DNA of 64,000 bases from Octopus vulgaris (taxonomy: Eukaryota): the NCBI GenBank assembly GCA_951406725.2, contig OX597815.1, positions 179,490,001 to 179,554,000 of the forward strand, written 5' to 3'. How positions within the stretch are numbered: the stretch's first letter is position 1; each line of letters starts with the position of its first letter. The notes under the pieces were generated by a model. That model was given only the letters and a program-made list of their open reading frames with translations, ran no database searches and was not told where the DNA came from. The position numbers and the translations under genes were made by a program. Below are positions 12,967 to 26,370 of this stretch, in pieces.

Positions 12967-13169
12967 ATTATTACCTCCGCCATCGCTAGGCCGGAGGTGT
13001 CGTTTTCAGTCGTGTTTGTTTATTTGTTGGTCCATGGACAAATATCTTAAGAACCGCGGGATGGCTTCGGATGAAACTTTCAAGGATGTTTGGCCTCGTG
13101 ACTAGCACGAACTAATTAGATTTTGGGATCGATCCGGTACCAGACAAGGATTCTGGATTATTTGTTATA
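12967..13169 (+). mobile_element. Helentron-associated (DINE/HINE-like) element fragment
   Basis: TTATTACCTCCGCC..CGGAGGT subterminal hairpin followed by a GTTT-rich tract; second copy at about 17871-18074. Confidence 0.55.
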
Positions 13170-14052
13170 ATTGTTAATATTGAATGTATATTGGCAGGCA
13201 AAATGCTTAGCGGCATTTCGTCAGTCTTTATCTCTGGTATCTCTCCATATTCCATTATCTTTAGAACATGGGAATAAATACTATGTCAAACCTTCCTGAA
13301 TCTGTGATTATCCCATATATATTCTTCACGTCATTAATAATAATCGCGTGATGAACATTATGAGATGATCACAGCTGTTAAGTCATTCATCATACACTTG
13401 TTCTTCAAAACTGAATTCTGAATAAACAACAACGTCCACAACAACAACAACAACAACAACAGCAACAACAACAACAACATTTGCGTGAGATGTTTTCGCC
13501 AAGAGTGCATCCTCTCAAGTGATCCACTCAACTCCTTCTATAGCCAAGTAGCTCGTGTGCAACGCTTTCGTTTAAGTGTCATTAATCATTGAAAAATGTT
13601 AATTATATTTTTAGCTGCTCAATTAATTATCCAGCTTCAAAGTAAGCATTATTATCTTCTTGTTGCGTTCACACGTTATCTTGCACAAGAAATAATACAG
13701 ATTATTATTTTTTTTTAGTTGAAGAATGTGAGAAATTTTTCTTCATGATTGACAAAATTGAAAATCTGTACTTTGGTTTCTGTTAACCGTATGTTATATT
13801 TAGCCTTCAAATGTATATAATGCTGCTTATAACATTGACCATGAGAGGAGACGTACAATTATAATCACACCGAACTACCAGGATTCCGACGAGAGTCTGC
13901 AATGTAGCAATGGAGTATGTCATCACTACCATTTTGTCTATTAAGTCAGCTCTATATGATTTATATCAAGCGTTTTTGTACTTTCGCGACACGCTTTATC
14001 ATATAACGTAACAGAAGCTCGTCTTTTAATATTCCAAAGCATATATTAACTA

Positions 14053-14442
14053 CTAGCAGTATCGACCGGCGTTGCTCGGGTTTGTTTCGATCCTTTAGAA
14101 TTGGAATTTTTGAAAAGTAAAAATTTTGCATTATGTAGCTTGTTATTCTCTTTAGGTGAACATTCTTCAGGTTGAAATACACCGAAAAATGACACAGCAG
14201 TCAAAAAATCGTAAAAAATAGGGATTTTCATAGAAAAAAAAGCACCTATTTGATGTAAATAATTTTTGGTGTTAACATGGTCCGATTTTAATTTTTTCTT
14301 CTAGGGAAGGAAGAGCAAGCCTTCTTCTATTATACTCTCAATTTTGGTCAACTTGCGCCGCAGGGTCTCGGAGCAGATAGTGTTAGTTGAAGGCTACCAA
14401 ACCTGCCATACAAAGGCAACTTCAGCTTTATATAGAGAGAGA
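14053..14442 (-). mobile_element. Non-autonomous Helitron
   Basis: Minus-strand 3' end CCCGAGCAACGCCGGTCGATACTGCTAG, almost identical to the end of 8640-9038; 5' TCTC..TATATAAAG; the internal sequence differs. Confidence 0.85.
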
Positions 14443-15272
14443 TTTGTTTTTTCCAAGTCGATGAACAAGGGAAAATCACTGATATTCCACCTCGTAAAAT
14501 ATTGATTTCTGACTTTACACTGATAAAAAATACGCATTTCAATTGAAGCCATGGTTGATAAAATCAACTCTAGTGCCTGACTGGTTGTTCATTTTGTGTA
14601 GCTTTGCCCCAAAACTTCTGAGGGCGTGTTTAAAACATACGGTGAGTCTTATGTACTTAAATCTGGGGGAGTTTTGATAAAGCCTTCAGCTCTAATAAAG
14701 TGACAATGGTCAATTTCTTCAAAGAAAGGAAGGGGACAAAGGAGGTTGTACTCTTGTACTTCTGTACTTCAGTCTTTCACTCTCAATCACGTTAATGAAA
14801 GATAAATGCAACCTGATCAGGATTGGAACTTAGAATGTAAATCCTAACCACATATCACCATCCATCAAAAGAAATGAATATTTGCTTTCCAATTTGTTAT
14901 TTCCAGTAATTCATGTTGCTTTAGATATATGAAATTATATAATTGACTCATAAAGGATATATTATTGATATATTATTATTTGATATTTATTACAGCAATA
15001 ACACAAATATTCGGATTATCCTTTGATATTAAATGTATTGTGAAACAGGTTGTTTAACAGTATGTGAATCTAATATGACAAAATAATTCATGTAATATCC
15101 AGTAATTGACTATTCCTATGCGTGCTCATAATATCCTTGATATAGGCTACGTTATTTCATACTTCTCCTGAATGATGCCTCCCTGTATAGCCATTCGGAT
15201 AAGTTATAAATGTCCACTTAAACAAACTCATATAAACACAGACATACAAATACACATAGATGTATGCTTATA

Positions 15273-15347
<75 letters not shown>

Positions 15348-15839
15348 ATATGTATATATATATACACACACACACATATATATATACATAATATGTGTGT
15401 GTGTGTGTGCGTAAGGGTGTGTAAGTGTGAAAGGAATGAGAAATTATGTCACTGTAGACAGAAATATGTAAACACGTGGAGTCAGTTCGCAGCGTCGTTC
15501 CCTAGCGAAGCTGTTGTATGCAAGCATTTAGGAGTGCCTAACCCTTTTTCTGTCACGGAAACCGGGAAGGTCGACTCTACGAACTGACCCGAGGATCATG
15601 CGTCCAACAATCTGGTTAGGATTACGATGCAAACTGACCTAGGGTGTTTACATCTTTTTGCCTATTGCTATAATTATTCTTTGTGACAAAATACAGGTTG
15701 GAATATGCTTGAGGCATACTTGAACTGGTAAGAAATTTGTATTTACGCACATCACTGCATAGCACTGTGGACCCGCACTCTGCTTACGGCGAGCCGCTGA
15801 ATAGCGCAGCCAGTTATTTAACGATGACGGGATTCTTTA

Positions 15840-16063
15840 TTTCCACGTTGCTCCAGTCCACTCTGCTGGCAAAATGAGTTGTACTTGTATTTCAAAGGGG
15901 CCAGCCTTGTCACGCAGTGTCACGCTGAATCTCCCTGAGGACTGTATTAAGGGTACATGTGTCTGTGGAATGCTCAATCACTTGCACGTTAATTTCACAA
16001 GCAGGATGTTCTGTTAATCCTATCAGCTGTGACCCTCGTCGTGGTAACCGACAGAGTGCTCCA
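15840..16063 (+). mobile_element. 5'-truncated SINE (shares its core with family C, different tail)
   Basis: TTCCACGTTGCTCCAGTCCACTCTGCTGGCAAAATGAG matches the reverse complement of 50906-50950. Confidence 0.6.
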
Positions 16064-16601
16064 GCATTTCGGATGTGCCAGTACACACGAGCCTGAGTCA
16101 TGGCCGCCCTAACGCACTTCTCACGAGGAATTCTGGAAGGAGCTTCATGAGACCAGTGCAGAGACACTACCGGGAAAAGAAAAGAAAAAAAAAAAGAAAA
16201 AAGAAAGAAGGGGGAAAAAAGGAAAAAGCCGTTAGAAAATCGATTGTAGCAGTGACTCGATCAATCCCTAGGGATATCTAAAGAAGTAATTCTTATATTC
16301 CGAAATATTGCATCATTATGGATGATTAAATTACATTAGTTGTTATAGTCCATTGTTGTTATGATAGTGCATTGTTGTGCCATTTAAAGCACATTATTAC
16401 TATTTATTATTATAGTTTACAAACAATACACAATGCTTCAAGCGAACTACAATACTCACTCACATATATATATATATAAACGGTAAAGTGGAAACAGCAT
16501 GGAAGTATGCTGAAAGATTCTTTTTACATGAGATCTGTGTAGCTTTTGTTCATATTTTTCTCTTTCTGTTTCTTCAGTTATTTTTTATTTCACTTTTCTT
16601 C

Positions 16602-16634
16602 TCTTTGATGAAGGGTATCACCCAAAACGTCAGA
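16602..16634 (+). ncRNA. Decayed minimal hammerhead (family H5) in a Penelope-like remnant at about 16560-16805
   Basis: TCT-TTGATGA-A-GGGT-ATC-ACCC-AAAAC-GTC-AGA: stems I and II and the ACGT palindrome are intact; two core positions have mutated. Confidence 0.5.
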
Positions 16635-17680
16635 TTTTATTCTCGTAGTACCAGTCATTGTACATATGTTTGAATGTTTTCACTTTATATTTTTACGCTT
16701 TTCAGACGCTCACCTTTATTTACCCGACACCGCATAATATTTTTCCATTTGTTTGTTTTCTCTCTGCGTCAAAGTTTACTCGTGTTATTTGTGTGACTTT
16801 TAAATAATTATAGCCTTAAGGCTATGCAGAATTATTCACCGCTTGTGTGCAGGTTGTACATTACAACTACATATTATGTTAAACTGTTTTAGATGTAGAT
16901 AGACAAATATTGAACGGTTTAGAGAAAAGCACACATAAAAATAACTCAATACAATGAAGTATTTTAACTGAAACGTAAAACGTTTTGACTTGTATGAAGC
17001 TGTTACATATCTGATACTCGTCAACAACTGAAAATCATTTGATTTCTTTGGAAAGCGTGAAAGATATATACGAGATGCCTCACTTCCAAGCAGCACAAAC
17101 CCATTCAAAATATTTGAGCAAAAGTATCGAGATTATAACTTCAAAATTCTGTAATTAAAAGAGATTTTTTAAATGGAATTTACTTCTATAAATAAAGCGA
17201 GAACATCACCAACTACAACCACCACCATCTTCACCCTCATTATAAGGTTTGAAACGTTCTAATAGCCCCGGAAATACCCTTAATTTTGTTTATATTGTCA
17301 TATATTAAGGACATATTTCAATAGATCTGCGTCATAAGTTCTTTCCCGATTCTGAAAGCATATGTATGTTGACTGTATGATTTGAAAAGCTATTTCGTCA
17401 ACATAACATAGTCTTTAGACACTAAATCCTTTATATAAATTTTTGCACGGAAAATTATCAATTTAGAAATTTATGGGTAATTTACGGAGCTACGGGAATT
17501 AGACGAACATTAAGAATTGCAAGTAGATAATTTTTATTATTGATATTTTTTATTTCACATGCAAAATTATATATAAAAATTTTAAAATTATTTTTTCACT
17601 ATTCCTTTAAATTTTTTTAACACTTATGATTTGTTTGGAATGCATTTAGAAATGTTTTTCCAAGTTTTGTATTCACATTA

Positions 17681-18074
17681 AATTCGACAGAATATTAAAC
17701 CATATAATTTCTTTACATTTTCTCGTTTCCCGTGTTTGAGAATTGTTATCCTCCTCCTCCTCCTCCTCCTCCTCCCCTCGTCGTCGTCGTTGTCATCATC
17801 ATTATCGTCGTCATCATCACCGTCCGTCATCATCATCATCATCATCGTCGTCATCATCGTCATCGTCCCTATTTTTACCTCCGCCTTAGCGAAGGCGGAG
17901 GTGTTGTTTTCAGTCGTGTTTGTTTATTTGTTTGTCCATGGACAAGATATCTTAAGAACCGCGGGATGGGTTCGGATGAAACTTTCAAGGATGTTTGGCC
18001 TCGTGACTGGCACGAACTTATTAGATTTTGGGATCGATCCGGTACCGGACAAGGATTCTGGATTATTTGTTATA
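17681..18074 (+). repeat. Dispersed duplicate of 12783-13169 (unique lead + trinucleotide tracts + HINE-like element)
   Basis: Near-identical for about 390 bp, starting at AATTCGACAGAATATTAAACCATATAAT. Confidence 0.9.
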
Positions 18075-19278
18075 TTTACTTCACATTAATACGATCTTGC
18101 GTTCACTTTCATGTCTTTCTCAATTATCTCCCTTTAGCTGTTTCCAAAGTTTTATTTTCGTTTCACTATTATTAATTTTACTCCCATATCTATCTTAGTA
18201 GAAACTGATAGATAAAGAAATCAAATTACATAAACAAATGGCAGCAAAAGCGTTCAGAAATTAAATAACATATTTTTATAAAATGTATATTATATATTAT
18301 ACATACATATTAACACTTTACGGTATACTGACATATATACATACATCTATACATTGATCTAAAACAACAGGAATACTAAAGGAAGGCCGGAATTTTAGAG
18401 AAGAGAAAACCAAAAGGCCTCATGCTATTCATTTAAAAATTCCTGAGTAGAACTTATTATTTATTACCTCTACCTTTGAAACTGTTTTGAATGGTGAATT
18501 TGTTAACTTTGGCTTGGATTAGATAAGGATAAACAATTTATTACTGTTAATAAATTTTCTACAACCACCTTCACAATCCAAGACTACTATTGATGCAGAA
18601 TTTTTTTCTCGTTTAATTTTCTTAGCTCAAGGACCAAGTTTACCTTCCATACTTTCGGGTTCGATAAAATAAGTATCAGTCAAGCATAGCAGGCAACATA
18701 ATCGACTTCCCCTCCCATCCCCTCAACGACTGCTACCCTTTGACAAAATAAGGAACGATTAGCAATATTTTATTTTTCACTTGCAACATTATATGTATAA
18801 ATTTAAATTATTTTGTTATTATACCGATTAAATCTTTTTAACGTCTATCATTTTGGTGGTGGGGGGGGAGAATTTAGAAGTTCTTTCCACGTCTTAAAAT
18901 TAGATTAAATTCGAAGGAATATTATACAATTAATTACATTGTTCACGTTTTCTTTTTTCTTTTCCGTGTTCAGGAATTGTGAACTACACAAACTTAGAGT
19001 AAATGAACCTGCTTCAACTTTCTGCCTCTTAGCATAAATCCTTTAACAAGGCAGTTTGCTTGCGGTTATCTATAACGTGATCACATATATCTTCCATCTT
19101 GTTTCAAAAGGACAACTCCTAATTAAGATGAAAACCTAAAGCTCTAGTGGGTTTCAGGATAAATTACATGAATAGTAATATATAACGTTTGTTTAATACA
19201 GTTCTAGATTTAAGAGATGAGGAATTATGTACATTATTTACATTTGACGGATATTTGTCCTCAACTTGTTTGTTGTTA

Positions 19279-19322
19279 ACACAACGTTTCGGCTGATATA
19301 CCCTCCACCCTTAATCAGGTGT
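19279..19322 (-). ncRNA. Minimal hammerhead ribozyme (core mutated to CTGATTA)
   Basis: ACAC-CTGATTA-A-GGGTG-GAGGGTATAT-CAGCC-GAAAC-GTT-GTGT. Confidence 0.65.
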
Positions 19323-19404
19323 CTTGGGGAAATTTCGAACCTGGGTTCTCATTCCTAAGATATTTTTCGATATTATTATTATTATTATTATTAATATTAT
19401 TCAT

Positions 19405-19476
19405 GTCACTGCCTGGCATCGAACTCGGAATCTTGGGGTTAGCAGCCCGCGCTCTTAACCACTACGCCATATGCCC
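19405..19476 (-). promoter_or_regulatory. tRNA-derived Pol III internal promoter (A and B boxes)
   Basis: GGGCATATGGCGTAGTGGTTAAGAGCGCGGGCTGCTAACCCCAAGATTCCGAGTTCGATGCCAGGC: A box TGGCGTAGTGG, B box GAGTTCGATGCC, anticodon-like arm GGG-CTGCTAA-CCC. Confidence 0.75.
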
Positions 19477-19542
19477 ACGGGCATAATAATAACATCGAAA
19501 AATACCTTAGGAATGAGAACCCAGGTTCGAAATTTCCCCAAG

Positions 19543-19584
19543 ACACCTGATGAAAGCTGGAGGGTATATCAACCGAAAGTTATA
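19543..19584 (+). ncRNA. Minimal hammerhead ribozyme, inverted degenerate copy
   Basis: ACAC-CTGATGA-A-AGCTG-GAGGGTATAT-CAACC-GAAA-GTT-ATAT. Its mutations fall at different positions from the minus copy, so combining the two gives a perfect hammerhead. Confidence 0.6.
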
Positions 19585-19741
19585 TTAACAACAAAGATGA
19601 GGACAAATATCCGTCAAATATAAATAATGTAAATAAGGTTTGTTTAATGTTAGGCTTAGACAAAGAAGGAAAACTTTTACTTAAATAATTATTTACTGAA
19701 AAAAAAACACATTGATACCTCAAGATTTTTAGTTGTACACA

Positions 19742-20219
<478 letters not shown>

Positions 20220-20254
20220 AAAATAATTTTACTATAGAAATAGCAAATACTGGC

Positions 20255-20928
20255 TTCAAAAATTTGGCACAAGGCCAGCAATTTGGGGTTAGGGTAAATT
20301 GAATATATCGACTCCATTTCTCAAATGATATTTTATCTATCCTGAAACGATGAAAGTCTAAGTTGACCTCGGCGGAATTTGAATTCAGAACTTAAAGACG
20401 GACGAAATGCTGCTAAGCACTTGGCCCTGTGTCATAACAGTTCTGCCAGGTCACCGCCGTCTTTGGAAAGGATGAAGATATTTCCCGAATCGTATAAGCT
20501 CTTAGCGTCGGTTTCCCCGGCGTATACATTCTTCACGTGGAAGGGACTTACTCCTTTTTGCCAGCCGAGAGGACAGGACAGGACAGGTGAAATGAAGTGT
20601 TCTGCTCAAGAAAACAATACGTCGCCCGGTGCATGAACTGAAATCGGTATCTTATGGCCACGAGTCGAACATCCAAACCACTAATCCATGCGCCTCTGCA
20701 GAAATAGAAAATATTCTTTGTTACTCTAGGCACAAAGTCCGAAATTTTGGTGGGAGGGGGCCAGTCGATTAGATCGACCCCAGTACGTAATTGGTACTTA
20801 ATTTATCGATCCCAAAAGGATGAAAGGCAAAGTAGACCTCGGCGGAATTTGAACTCAGAGCGTAAAGGCATACGAAATGCTGCTAAGCATTTCGCTCGGC
20901 GTGCTAACGTTTCTGCCAGGTCGCTGCC
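20255..20928 (-). mobile_element. SINE cluster: family A (20255-20460), family C (20490-20700), family A (20712-20928)
   Basis: Each segment matches other copies in the window. Confidence 0.8.
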
Positions 20929-21140
20929 TAGCAATTGCAAATATTAACAACAAAGTTATGCGCCAGTTGCATAAATCATCAATTAAATGATTTAGGACTT
21001 ACATAATTAATACATAATTGTGAGAAATTATTTAGTTTCTGAATGAAATTACGTTAAAATTTCTGTGCAAGCCTCAATACATGCATTTCAGACAGACTTT
21101 TGACACATAAAACCTTTACAGATAAAGAATATAGTAACCC

Positions 21141-21218
<78 letters not shown>

Positions 21219-21516
21219 GCGTGTGTGTTTGAATGTTGGCCTGAGACAACGGTTGAGCGGTTCAATTAGGTGCCAAGTTCGACTCTATCGCGTGACGTCT
21301 TAAGTTTCTTTATTACAGGCGTTGAGGTTGATGCGAGCCGAGTGAATGAAATTCGGTAGACGAAGACCTCATACCAAATGCCCGATGGTTTTGCTTGTAA
21401 TTGAATGATTCAGCCTTGTCACATATTTCTACACTTTTTCTACTTGAGAATTATTCCACAGGCACACGCGTCTCTGCCAATTTACATTGATCGTTCTGTT
21501 GATCGACCTATAATAA

Positions 21517-22581
21517 TTGAATGCTGATATGCCGAAATCGAAAGAAAATTTGTCAGTTCAATATATCCGTAAATATAGATATTAAATAGAACACTCTTGG
21601 TAATAAGACATTTTGACCTCAATTTATTTCCAAAGGAACTAAGATTTATGTTCTAATCAAATAATTTAATAACATTAATCTGAACATATGATGTAATTTT
21701 GAAATAATTACATGAAATAATTCTATTGCCGGCGTCAAATTACCAGAAGCAATATTTCGAATAAAAGCATTTATATTTTGACATTGGTACAACCTTTGCC
21801 TCAAAGTTTAGCAAACAGAACAGAAATGGAATGACTTTCGGTTGTTATTTAGATACGAATAAATGGGAATAAACTTAAGTTCGTCTGAAAGATGTAGAAA
21901 GAATATTTATTAAATGAGATATAAATGGCTACTTGCTTAGCATGTATTGGAAAAAAGACATAAATGTAGGTAACAGCTGTTTCTTTTCAATGTAAGTCAA
22001 TGCGAAATTTGCATTTGAAATAAAGATTTCATTTAGTATTTTGCTATGTTACATATTTTAGCGTCGTGGCTTTGAGGCATTTCCCATAGGTATGATCAGT
22101 CTAAAGAGAGTGAATTTTCTTTACGCTAGTTTTGGCGTCGTGTCGTTTTGTTACGCCATCGACAATTGATCTCTTGCGCAACAGAGAGGCTCCATTGAAC
22201 GATTGATGAATCTGTATAGTTTATTTTAGAGTTTGAATGCTGATATGCCGAAATCGAAAGAAAATTTGTTTGTTGGTCTCAGTTAATACCACTGCAGAGA
22301 CAATAACAATGATATGTATAAATTGGAATATAAAGATAAATTTCAACGTCCATGAGGTTATATATGAAGCACAAAGAATATGTGCCTGGATTTGGTCCGA
22401 GGCCATATGCTAAAACTCGGATTAACAATTTAAATCGATGATGTAATTTTGAAATAATTACATGAAATAATTCTATTGCCGGCGTCAAATTACCAGAAGC
22501 AATATTTCGAATAAAAGCATTTATATTTTGACATTGGTACAACCTTTGCCTCAAAGTTTAGCAAACAGAACAGAAATGGAA
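21517..22581 (+). repeat. Local direct duplication with identical blocks around dissimilar middles
   Basis: 21689-21831 equals 22439-22581 (about 143 bp); 21517-21552 matches 22233-22269. Confidence 0.85.
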
Positions 22582-23387
22582 GTTTGGGAAGTACTGATTT
22601 TGAGGTAAGTGTTTGTGTATTGCTTTTGAAAGCCTCCAGCCACAGGCGAGATCGGTAAAGTTAATGTTCCTGATAAATAGATGTAAGTTGTCGGTGATGG
22701 TTGGGCAGTATGAAGTTTGGGAGAACACAATATGGATGACGGGGAAGGAGAAACGAATGACCTGGAAGTTTCTGAATGGCGGCAGCCTTCAATGCATTAT
22801 CATTAAATATTTGTCATGAAGTTGCAAGCATCATTCAGGAACAAAGAAATTTACGTCAGTTGACACTTTTACATTTGGACTTAATACCATTGGCATCATT
22901 TCTATTCAATTATATCTTTAAGATATTTGTATCTAGTCAAAAGAAACCCGAGTGATTACATGTGTATTTGTCGTGTGTGTTTGTATCAACGAGCCACGCG
23001 CGATTGCAGCCATTTCACTTTGATTGTATAGCTAACACATTTCGTAAGCTTGAACGAGACTAATATTCTGCAAACCTTCCGACTTGAAAATAAATCAGTA
23101 TGTGGAAACACCAGCCACAAGGAAGATATTTTGTTTCTCATAAAGGTTGATGTCTGATGAGATAAGCTACCGGCATGATAAACAGAGATTTAAACAGGCT
23201 AGCAAAGCGCCTCCAATGCAATTTGAACATGTACCTACTTTCGAATAAAGGAACTCCTGGAGGGGGCGCGCTGTGCAGTGAAATAGTTATCGAAGCTAGT
23301 TCTGACCTGTACTTTATTTTATTGACAGTGAAAAGATGCCTTTTCCAACGCTTTAACAACTGTGCCAGTGCGCCGCCTTTATGCTGA

Positions 23388-23787
23388 TATTCTTTTCTAC
23401 TCTAGGCACAAGGCCCGAAATTTGGGGGGAGCGGACCAGTCGATTATATTAACCCCAGTGCGCAACTGGTACTTAATTTATCGACTCCAAAAGGATGAAA
23501 GGCATTGTCGACTTCGGCGGAATTTGAACTCAGAACGTAACGGCAGACGAAATATACCTATTTCTTTACCCATAAGTGGCTAAACACAGAAAGGAGAAAC
23601 AAGAACAGACAAACGGATTAAGTCGATTATATCGAACCCAGTGCGTAACTGGTACTTATTTAATCGACCCCGAAAGAATGAAAGGCAAAGTCGACCTCGG
23701 CGGAATTTGAATTCAGAACGTAGCGGCAGACGAAATACCGCTAAGCATTTCGCCCAGCGTGCTAACGTTTCTGCCAGCTCGCCACCT
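23388..23787 (-). mobile_element. SINE family A dimer with two different tails
   Basis: The junction at about 23555 reads (minus) GTAAAGAAATAGGTATATTTCGTCTGCCG, as in the other multimers. Confidence 0.85.
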
Positions 23788-24084
23788 TGCCTTTAATCTT
23801 ATATTAAATGAAAGAAAACTGCGACGTGCGAAAGATACCAACACGAACCGGCATATTTGATTTTGCGTTTCTTACTTTAATATACCAACGTTTATTGCTA
23901 CATACACACACGTATGCATATAAAACAATTAATACACACATACACACCTACGTGCAAACATTTAGATTTATCATCATTTACATATATGTACACCTGTATC
24001 TTAGCTCATTCGTTTCCAAATTGTATACGTGGGAATATAATTTCCCTTGTATCGTTTCCTCCATAAAGATGAATTGCATGTAAT

Positions 24085-25260
24085 TTGAGAATGATTTATC
24101 TTACACGTTACACAACCACGCAGAAATTCTCCATGCTGGTTGGAAGTAAATTTTGGTGTCGTCATGCAGTCCCATTTTAGCCGTAGTCTAAAAACTATGT
24201 TGAAAGTCATTCCAGTCGTGACAATCCGATCATGTTGATATCAAGAACTAAATTTACGGGAGTGATTTGTGGATGGTTTAAGAGCAACTTCATTCAGCGT
24301 TTCTATGGGCTTCCCAACTCTCTTATCTCAAATACTAAAAGTGTTTGGGGGGTTAAGCGATTTTGTCACGGTTACAATACGTCTATTTATGTAAATATAA
24401 AAAACTTCAGACCAAACCGTCACATAGAAAAGGTATAAAATTACCCCTTTCCCCAAGACAAAAGAAAGCCTGTCGCATTTTGAATTACATTGTTCTCTCT
24501 CTACCTATTGCTTAGCACCTCTTGTTTGATATTAAGAAAATATTCACATTTTAATTATTAAAATACTATTCTCCGAATTATACAGCTAGTCCAGAGAGTC
24601 TAGATGACTCATTTGACAAAGTTTTAAACGAAAGTTTTAATGGCCCAAGGTTTAATTAAAAGTTTTGCCATGTAACTGACTGCAGTTCTACCTTGGTTTC
24701 GGAATGCATTACGCCCCGAAATCCCCATGGTTTGACATACCTAATTGAGGAGAATGAGAAACGAGATTTTTAGGGGATAATATATACATATCAACGCATA
24801 ATTATAATTATAACCAAATATGACGAGTGCCATTGGCAAGAGCAGTGGCTTATTCGACACCCTGTCACTTCCACAGATGTAGCTCTTAATACCTTACACT
24901 TGGTAGTCAATATGCATCATCGAAATGTGATATATTCCAGCACTAAGAATTAAGCGCATTATATAACTGATGAGCATTTCATTTACTAGCAATTTCTCAT
25001 TTCTTATGCTATATATATGACGTTTATCAAAAGAAAACCTGTTTCATGTATAACTGCAAGGGTGAGTCGGTTATAAATTAATGAATCCAGTTTATATTGT
25101 TGACGTCATAACCACTTGTCATTATTAAGACACTCAAATAACATGCATGTGTGTGTTGTGTATGTGGCATACAAATTTGCCTGTATGTATTTATGCGGTA
25201 CCGGTCAGTCTGGTGGTGCCTGCCAATATGAAACGAAACTCATCGGAGGAATTTAATCCG
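24085..25260 (+). pseudogene. Possible decayed FTP/EGF-like exon remnants
   Basis: VTQPRRNSPCWLEVNFG (like the FTP PWW.VDLG motif), TGVICGWF..RFYG..WGVKRFCH, and CGTGQSGGACQYE (EGF-like). Heavily disrupted. Confidence 0.28.
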
Positions 25261-25744
25261 CCTTTACTATCAACCGAATCTCTCATCGATTATATATACG
25301 CTGATTCCTTACACTGGTCGAATGTATCACCGTACGCCTCTTAATTACTAATAAGTGTCCAGGATTATTTGAAAGTTTATTCGAGGCAGATTTTTGATGG
25401 TTCGACCAATAATTTAATGCTTCTGGTGTAATTTTGCTTGTTGTCTGCAGTTGTTCAAACAACCATTACTAAATCCAATCTTAACGACCCTATTAAATTT
25501 GAGATCTCGCGAAGACAAAATAAATCAGTGATTTGTTTCGTTTCGCCGATCTCCATTTAGTTTCATAGTTTTAGTAATTTCTGTTTATTGCTGTCAATTT
25601 TTGCACACAGTCGAAAGCTTTACTCTCGTCCTGCATGTCTGAGTCAGTTAATTAAGACAGTTATACATTTATATACATTTGTGTTGTCTTCGTTGTAAGT
25701 TGTTAACGAATTCGATGTTTTGTTTAGTGAAAGATTGTTAATTG

Positions 25745-26370
25745 CCAGCAAGTTTTGGGTGGGGGGGGGAGGGTTAAGTTCATTACATCGATCTCAGTCC
25801 TCAACTGGTTCATATTTTATCGCCCGAGAGAAAATGAAAAGCAAATTTCGACCCCGGCGAAGTCTGAGCTCAGAACGTAAAGACAGACGAAATGACTTGA
25901 GCATTTTGCTCGGTTTCTTAACGATTTTATCGGTTCGTAGCCTTAAATTACAAATTAATATTAATCATGTAACGAGGCGGCGAGGTGGCAGAATCATTAG
26001 AACACCGGACAAAATGCTTAATGGCATTTCATCCATCTTTATGCGCTGAGTTCAAATTTTAACGGGATCGATTTCGGGATCAATAAAATAAGTAGCAGTT
26101 GAGCACTGGGGTCGGTGTAATCCACTCAGCCCTTATTCGTGAATGACCGGCCTTGTGCCGAGATGTTAAACCGATATTAGTATCTAATAGACACGCAAGG
26201 CCAGCAATGGAGTAAGAGGATAGCCACGTCCTTAGTAACTGACCAGTTCCTTACTTTATCGACACTGAAAGGACGGAGGACACAATTGATCTCCGTGGGT
26301 TTCGACCTCTGTACAAATACCACAACTCATTTTGTCCGATGATTTAATGATTCAGCCCATCTACCACCCT
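25745..26370. mobile_element. Three degenerate SINE family A-like copies in alternating orientation
   Basis: 25745-25940 (-), 25976-26172 (+, GGCGGCGAGGTGGCAGAATCATTAG) and about 26195-26370 (-). Confidence 0.6.

Larger units (their letters stand above)
19198..19637 (-). mobile_element. tRNA-headed, hammerhead-containing fold-back retroelement (family H4) with TSD
   Basis: Minus strand: tRNA-like head 19476-19405, then (AAT)n, a body with a hammerhead and a 3' tail to 19198. An inverted headless copy lies at 19485-19636. TSD GTTTGTTTAAT at 19187-19197 and 19638-19648. Confidence 0.8.

Noticed and set aside
19405-19476. Possible tRNA-Ser(GCT) gene
   Set aside because: The acceptor stem does not pair, there is no long variable arm, and it is fused to a repeat body; treated as a SINE head.
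23156-23200. CTGATGA motif as a possible hammerhead (also at about 24967)
   Set aside because: No stem II followed by GAAA and no stem I partner.
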